A program made the position numbers and the translations under genes. Below are positions 22,449 to 27,404 of a DNA stretch of 27,404 nt, piece after piece. The notes beneath the pieces are model-generated. The model ran no database searches. It was not told the DNA's origin and was given only the letters and a program-made list of their open reading frames with translations. Source of the stretch: Amoeboradix gromovi X-113 (taxonomy: Eukaryota > Fungi > Sanchytriomycota); the NCBI GenBank assembly GCA_018985225.1, contig JADGIF010000046.1, positions 1-27,404 on the forward strand, in the 5' to 3' direction. Within the stretch, counting starts at the first letter, position 1, and every line of letters starts with the position of its first letter.

Positions 22449-23052
22449 GCATTCATGTGATGGTAAATATTAGCACAAGAACCAAGTGCATTTAAACATT
22501 CTTTGGAGAAGAAGTCACTCTCGTCTGTGTTTAATGTCTTATTGAGATGCACTGCAGATTCTAGAGAAATCTCTGAGCCAGTATGCTAACTGGAGATGTC
22601 TCCTGGATCATTGTGCAAAAAGAGATAAAATCTTCCTTAAAAAAGTACCCGTATTCATCGCCTAAATATTAGGCATGTTAGTTTTGATTTCGTCCATTCT
22701 TTGTCATCTCGGGTTTGGCCATATTCTTGGAGAGATTCATGACTTGAAGATCAATGTTTAGTAAACTTGTTATTCTTGATCATTTGAGACTTAATGATTC
22801 AAATTCTTGCTCTGGATTTTGTATTTCATGTCTCATGTCTTGAGAATAGCGAAAAGGCGGAATAAAATATAGATGCGTGTATTTCAATGTACGCTATCTG
22901 CTGCCATATGATCTCTTACTAATCGTGAATGGTATTTTGTGAGTGCATATGTCTCCCAATTGGTTCCTTCAAAGTACCTCACATAGTACACGTTAAATAA
23001 GTGATTAATTTTATTTTTGGACCATTTTGAATTTAAAACGCTGGTAACAACT

Positions 23053-23471
23053 AGGACATGAAATACAAAGACTAGACTAACTTTCTGAAATAGTTTAAAT
23101 CACTATTTCAAGTGTGTATTAATCGATAGTGAAATAAATTAACCTGTTCAAGTAAATTATTTTAGCATAAATGCTTTTCATCCATCGAAATCTTAGGAAC
23201 AATGATTAATAAGAAGAGAAAACTAAAATAAGTTGTATGAAAGGTGCTAAAAAGAAAAAGGAACAGATAAAGAGTATTGTCTAAGAATATGCACCTTTTG
23301 CATAGACATTCAAAGACCTCGTATATTTGAAAGAGATAGTGGTCATCTTTTTATATTTTAAAGAGGAGAATGACATTAATGAAAGAGGGACTTTTATTAA
23401 TAATAATCTTTCCTCCTTATGGAGCACTTCCTTTAAAAACGACTTTGTCTAGTTTTTACATTTGGCGTCTC
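23053..23471 (+). mobile_element. GGGACA-TIR element copy C (older, degenerate) with a Fanzor 3' fragment
   Basis: Ends are AGGACATGAAATACAAAGACTAGACTAACT and GTCTAGTTTTTACATTTGGCGTCTC. 23269-23343 encodes KEYCLRICTFCIDIQRPRIFERDSG, homologous to copy B. Confidence 0.85.
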
Positions 23472-23533
23472 AGATCTCAAAAAGATAAAAGTAAATTTAA
23501 GCTACGATAAATGATTTATTTAGTTAGATTCGA

Positions 23534-23938
23534 TTACTGTTCTTTGGCCTTAATAAGGGTTTCGCTTATTTCTTTCAGCTCATCAATGGTCAACACTGGC
23601 TTTTTTAACGGCTTTAGAATGTAGAAGCCATCCTCAAGATCCCAATTGTACAAATCAGCAATTTGATGAAGATAAGGGCCAAGAAAGAATTGGCATTCCT
23701 TTATCGATAGAGAAACACTGATATCACAAAGCATATTAGCAACAAACTTCATAATGTTAAGCTGAAAGGTAGGATCTTCATTTTCTAAATACAAGTGCAA
23801 ATCAGGATACTGATGCTCCAATATTGCTTTCCATATTAGCTGCAACTGCCTATTGGGGTATTTGTTCAAATAATAACCAGCTCTCCGAATTTCACCGGAA
23901 ATCAATAAATTACGAATCTGATGCTGCTCTTCCTCCAT
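23534..23938 (-). CDS. Small PCI-like protein, possibly COP9 signalosome subunit 8-like
   Basis: 134-aa ORF; RAGYYL..., IWKAI, SLSIKECQFFLG and NWDLEDG show CSN8-like spacing, but the similarity is weak. Confidence 0.45.
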   Translation of the reverse strand: MEEEQHQIRNLLISGEIRRAGYYLNKYPNRQLQLIWKAILEHQYPDLHLYLENEDPTFQLNIMKFVANMLCDISVSLSIKECQFFLGPYLHQIADLYNWDLEDGFYILKPLKKPVLTIDELKEISETLIKAKEQ

Positions 23939-24110
23939 TGTTTGGAAAAAGTGTATTCCTTTCCACGCTTGTCATTTAAGTTACAATCAATATAGTGCAA
24001 CATATAGACTTTAATAACCGAATATGTTTACAAAGATTCAAGCTGCTTAAACTATTTTTGGCTGCGAAAGTATTGCGACCTGAGAAGTCGCTTACGCTAT
24101 CACAACACAT

Positions 24111-25760
24111 ATGTTCAAACGATTTTCTATGATTCATGGCGCATATCTTTTTTGTTTGTTTCTTGATAACATGAATCGTAAAACAATGGAGTCGGTGCTA
24201 GATGATAACGATCCTTTGATAATTGAAAGCAAAGTTAGCGAGACTAAAAGAGCAAAATCTCCATCCATATTAGTAGCTAGGGCCAACCAGATCCAAAATG
24301 ATGTTCAGATTGTAATGGATGAAGAAGAATTAGATTTTTCAAAGAATTGCTGTATGTTTGGATCAGAGCAGCACAAGAAGTTTATTAAAAATAGGATAGA
24401 AACTTGCAAGGACAGTGAGAAAGATTTGTATGAAAAGCAACTTAATGTTCTTGAAGAAACGGACAAAGACGAATACACACACGCAACTTATGAACTATTT
24501 GGTAAATTGCCAAATTTGAGAGTGATAAGACATCCTAGAGTCGGTGTTATTCATCCATTAAGGGTCCAGCAGTACATATATCAGGACATATTACACCGAG
24601 AAGAAGAGGAGCGGAAAACTAGTTGGATGGAGTTGTTTTTTGATTTGATATTTGCTGGGGTAATATCGCAACTCAGTCATTCACTGCAGCATCATTTCGA
24701 TAGTTTAGGAATTTGGGAATTCTTTATAAAATTTGTCATGATTTGGCGGGTGTGGTCGTTGCAGGTGTTGTCTATGAATCGCTTTTTCAGTCGCGATCTA
24801 ATTCCCAAGATTTACTTGTTAATAGTCGCAGCTATAGCAATAGGTCTTAGTTTGAATCTTGGAGACTATCACATTTCAGCAATGTTTATCGCCTTTTATC
24901 TCATAAATGAGCTAGTTCATTTGCTTAATGTTCTGGTATTTTCTATAGCTCAACCTCTCTTTTTTAAAGATTTGACAATCAACAACTTTATCACCACTCT
25001 GATGACAATTCCCGCTATTTCAGCTCTGTTTTTTGAGGGCTACTATACTCGCAACATTTTGCTTACTGTAAATATACTGCTAACATTGTATTGCAATATG
25101 CCTGCTAACTTTGTGCTTACCTCCATATTTAAACCCAAGCATAAAATTGCTCTTAATATTGAGCATTGGAGCGAAAGATTTGGGTTGTTTACAATTATTG
25201 TTCTAGGCGAATCTGTGCTTGCTATTTTGACATCCAACTTTGGATACAGCTATCCTACGAGTGTATTAGGAATGATTGTAGTTGCTTCTATTCAGTGGAT
25301 ATATTTCGATGTAGATTCAGCTAAGCAGTATTTGCATGCTGTGCGAAGAAGTAGATACACAGGAGTAATGTGGTTTATGCTTCAAATGCCATTGCATTGC
25401 TCAATAGCATTTAGTGGAGCCTGTTTAGGAATGCTAGTTGTAGATTTAGATAAATCGAACAAATACACAAATTTGGCACAATCCGCTTATATATTCTCAC
25501 TTGGATTGGTGCTGCTATTCATGGGGTTAATAAACATGACTCATAAATCACTAGATGACACTGAATCACGAGTGCTAAACATCCCCAAGAGAATGAGGCT
25601 GATGTTCAGATTTTGTGTGTCAGCCGTTCTGATTGTAATAGCCAGTGCATTAGACCCATACGCAATAAGTGTGATAGTTGTAGTAGGGCTATGTGCTCTG
25701 TTGTTCTTTTTCATGGTGATTGTAGAAGAATGGGGTGGAAAAACTAAAGTAAATTGTTAA
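24111..25760 (+). CDS. LtrA (low temperature requirement A) family membrane protein
   Basis: RKTSWMELFFDLIF and EHWSERFGLFTIIVLGESV motifs plus multiple TM helices; the true start may be a downstream ATG (24171). Confidence 0.85.
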   Translation: MFKRFSMIHGAYLFCLFLDNMNRKTMESVLDDNDPLIIESKVSETKRAKSPSILVARANQIQNDVQIVMDEEELDFSKNCCMFGSEQHKKFIKNRIETCKDSEKDLYEKQLNVLEETDKDEYTHATYELFGKLPNLRVIRHPRVGVIHPLRVQQYIYQDILHREEEERKTSWMELFFDLIFAGVISQLSHSLQHHFDSLGIWEFFIKFVMIWRVWSLQVLSMNRFFSRDLIPKIYLLIVAAIAIGLSLNLGDYHISAMFIAFYLINELVHLLNVLVFSIAQPLFFKDLTINNFITTLMTIPAISALFFEGYYTRNILLTVNILLTLYCNMPANFVLTSIFKPKHKIALNIEHWSERFGLFTIIVLGESVLAILTSNFGYSYPTSVLGMIVVASIQWIYFDVDSAKQYLHAVRRSRYTGVMWFMLQMPLHCSIAFSGACLGMLVVDLDKSNKYTNLAQSAYIFSLGLVLLFMGLINMTHKSLDDTESRVLNIPKRMRLMFRFCVSAVLIVIASALDPYAISVIVVVGLCALLFFFMVIVEEWGGKTKVNC

Positions 25761-25874
25761 TTTGTAAGTATTATTTTCGAAAACAGCCAAGCCATCGTTT
25801 TACGATCATTCTATCATCGGAAGACAGAAAAGCATTTAAATAAATCTCAAACTGTATTATTTTTCAAACCACGG

Positions 25875-27281
25875 ATGTTGCGAATTTTACGTCAAAAACA
25901 ATTTGATGTTGCAGTAATAGGCGGTGGTCCTGGTGGCTATGTTTGCGCTATAAAAGCTGCGCAACTGGGTCTCTCAGTTGCTTGTATCGATAAACGTGGT
26001 GCCTTTGGTGGTACATGTCTCAATGTAGGCTGCATTCCATCAAAAGCTTTGCTACATGATAGTCATCTATTCCATTCGGCTCAGCATGATTTTTCCAACC
26101 GTGGTATTATTGCTGATGTAAAACTAGACTTGGATAAAATGATGAACCGTAAAAATCAATCAGTTAAGAAATTGACTTCTGGAATTGAGATGCTCTTCAA
26201 GGGTAATAAAGTGACTCCATTCACTGGCTCTGCCTCCTTTGTGTCTAATAATAAACTGCAAATTACAAATAACAAGGAATCTACAACCATAAATGCTAAA
26301 AATATTGTAATTGCTACAGGCAGTGACCCTGCTGTTCTTCCTGGCTTTACTGTAGACGAATCTAAGATTGTTACCAGTACTGGTGCTCTAGAACTCCAGA
26401 AAGTCCCTAAAGAACTAATTGTTATAGGGGCTGGTGTAATTGGCTTAGAATTGGGCTCTGTTTGGAATCGCTTGGGTAGCAACGTTACTGTCATTGAATA
26501 TCTTCCTTCTATTGGGGCTGGAATGGATGAAGATGTTGCTAAACACTTCCAGAGGTTACTAACAAAGCAAAAAATTAACTTTAAAATGGACACCAAAGTT
26601 GTTGGCCACGCCCCATTCAAAAATGGATTTAATGTGGAAATTGAGTCTAAAGGCGTTAAAAGTACTGTTTACGGTGACGTTCTCTTACTTGCTACAGGCA
26701 GAAGACCTTTTACTGACAATTTAAATCTCGAGTCTGTAAATGTAACCAGTTCAAAAGGTAAAATCGTTGTGAACAACCATTATCAGACGAATGTTCCTAA
26801 TATATATGCTATAGGTGATGTTATCAAGGGTCCGATGCTGGCCCACAAGGCTGAAGAAGAGGGTATCGCTGTTGCGGAGTTGCTGGTTAACAAACCTGGG
26901 CATGTCAACTACGAAGCTATTCCAAGCGTTATCTATACATATCCAGAGGTCGCGTGGGTTGGATATAATGAGAAAGAACTAAAAGAGAAGAAAATAGAGT
27001 ACAAAAAGGGACAGTTTCCATTTATTGCAAACTCAAGAGCCAAGACAGTTGACGAGACTGATGGATTTGTCAAGGTACTTACTGATGCAAAGAGCGACAA
27101 ACTATTGGGAGCGCATATCATTGGTGCAAATGCGGGTGAAATGATAGCAGAGGGGGTAATTGCTGTTGAATATGGAGCAAGTAGCGAGGATATAGCAAGA
27201 ACATGCCATGCGCATCCAACATTGAGTGAAGCATTCAAAGAGGCCTGCTTGGCGGCACATGCTAAAGCCATACATGCTTGA
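25875..27281 (+). CDS. LPD1: Mitochondrial dihydrolipoamide dehydrogenase (E3)
   Basis: GGGPGG FAD motif, GGTCLNVGCIPSK redox disulfide, GAGVIG NAD motif and HAHPTLSE; very short basic presequence. Confidence 0.97.
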   Translation: MLRILRQKQFDVAVIGGGPGGYVCAIKAAQLGLSVACIDKRGAFGGTCLNVGCIPSKALLHDSHLFHSAQHDFSNRGIIADVKLDLDKMMNRKNQSVKKLTSGIEMLFKGNKVTPFTGSASFVSNNKLQITNNKESTTINAKNIVIATGSDPAVLPGFTVDESKIVTSTGALELQKVPKELIVIGAGVIGLELGSVWNRLGSNVTVIEYLPSIGAGMDEDVAKHFQRLLTKQKINFKMDTKVVGHAPFKNGFNVEIESKGVKSTVYGDVLLLATGRRPFTDNLNLESVNVTSSKGKIVVNNHYQTNVPNIYAIGDVIKGPMLAHKAEEEGIAVAELLVNKPGHVNYEAIPSVIYTYPEVAWVGYNEKELKEKKIEYKKGQFPFIANSRAKTVDETDGFVKVLTDAKSDKLLGAHIIGANAGEMIAEGVIAVEYGASSEDIARTCHAHPTLSEAFKEACLAAHAKAIHA

Positions 27282-27332
27282 ACAACAGTAAACATTATTT
27301 CTATAATCCTCCTGAATTCAACTGCAGCAATT

Positions 27333-27404
27333 GGGACACCAAATATAAAAACTAGACTAACTCGTTTTTAAAGGTGCACCATACAGAGGAAATGCTATCA
27401 TTAA
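27333..27404 (-). mobile_element. GGGACA-TIR element copy D, right end (truncated by the window)
   Basis: GGGACACCAAATATAAAAACTAGACTAACTCGTTTTTAAAGGTGCACCATAC matches the right ends of copies A and B. Confidence 0.9.

Noticed and set aside
25875-27295. Antisense ORFs over LPD1 (and similar ones over EFCAB5, the deacetylases, the LRR gene and LtrA)
   Set aside because: Shadow frames of real genes
574-27404. CRISPR array or rRNA/tRNA genes
   Set aside because: The repeats are dispersed transposon ends, not regularly spaced arrays; no RNA gene signatures seen

Overview
AT-rich, gene-dense eukaryotic DNA read in the standard code. It looks like a compact, early-diverging zoosporic fungus; a sanchytrid or chytrid relative is my inference from EFCAB5, CBM18-chitin deacetylases, MMACHC and an LRR surface protein. 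Host genes: ABCD(4)-like half transporter, secreted hypothetical, EFCAB5-like, two tandem multidomain chitin deacetylases, LRR receptor-like protein, MMACHC-like, CSN8-like, LtrA-family and dihydrolipoamide dehydrogenase. The intergenic DNA holds three distinct Fanzor (eukaryotic TnpB-like RNA-guided nuclease) lineages. (1) A full-length decayed Fanzor1 between 17-bp imperfect TIRs (4657-6491). (2) A Fanzor2 C-terminal relic followed by a hairpin-rich omegaRNA-like tail (6728-~7053). (3) Four copies of a GGGACA-TIR non-autonomous element (574-916, 11274-11945, 23053-23471, 27333-end). These are deletion derivatives of another Fanzor1 transposon and all keep the putative omegaRNA right end. Four of five Fanzor1 right ends face a host stop codon 30-62 nt away. 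Three GT-AG introns of only 19, 19 and 23 nt restore conserved reading frames.
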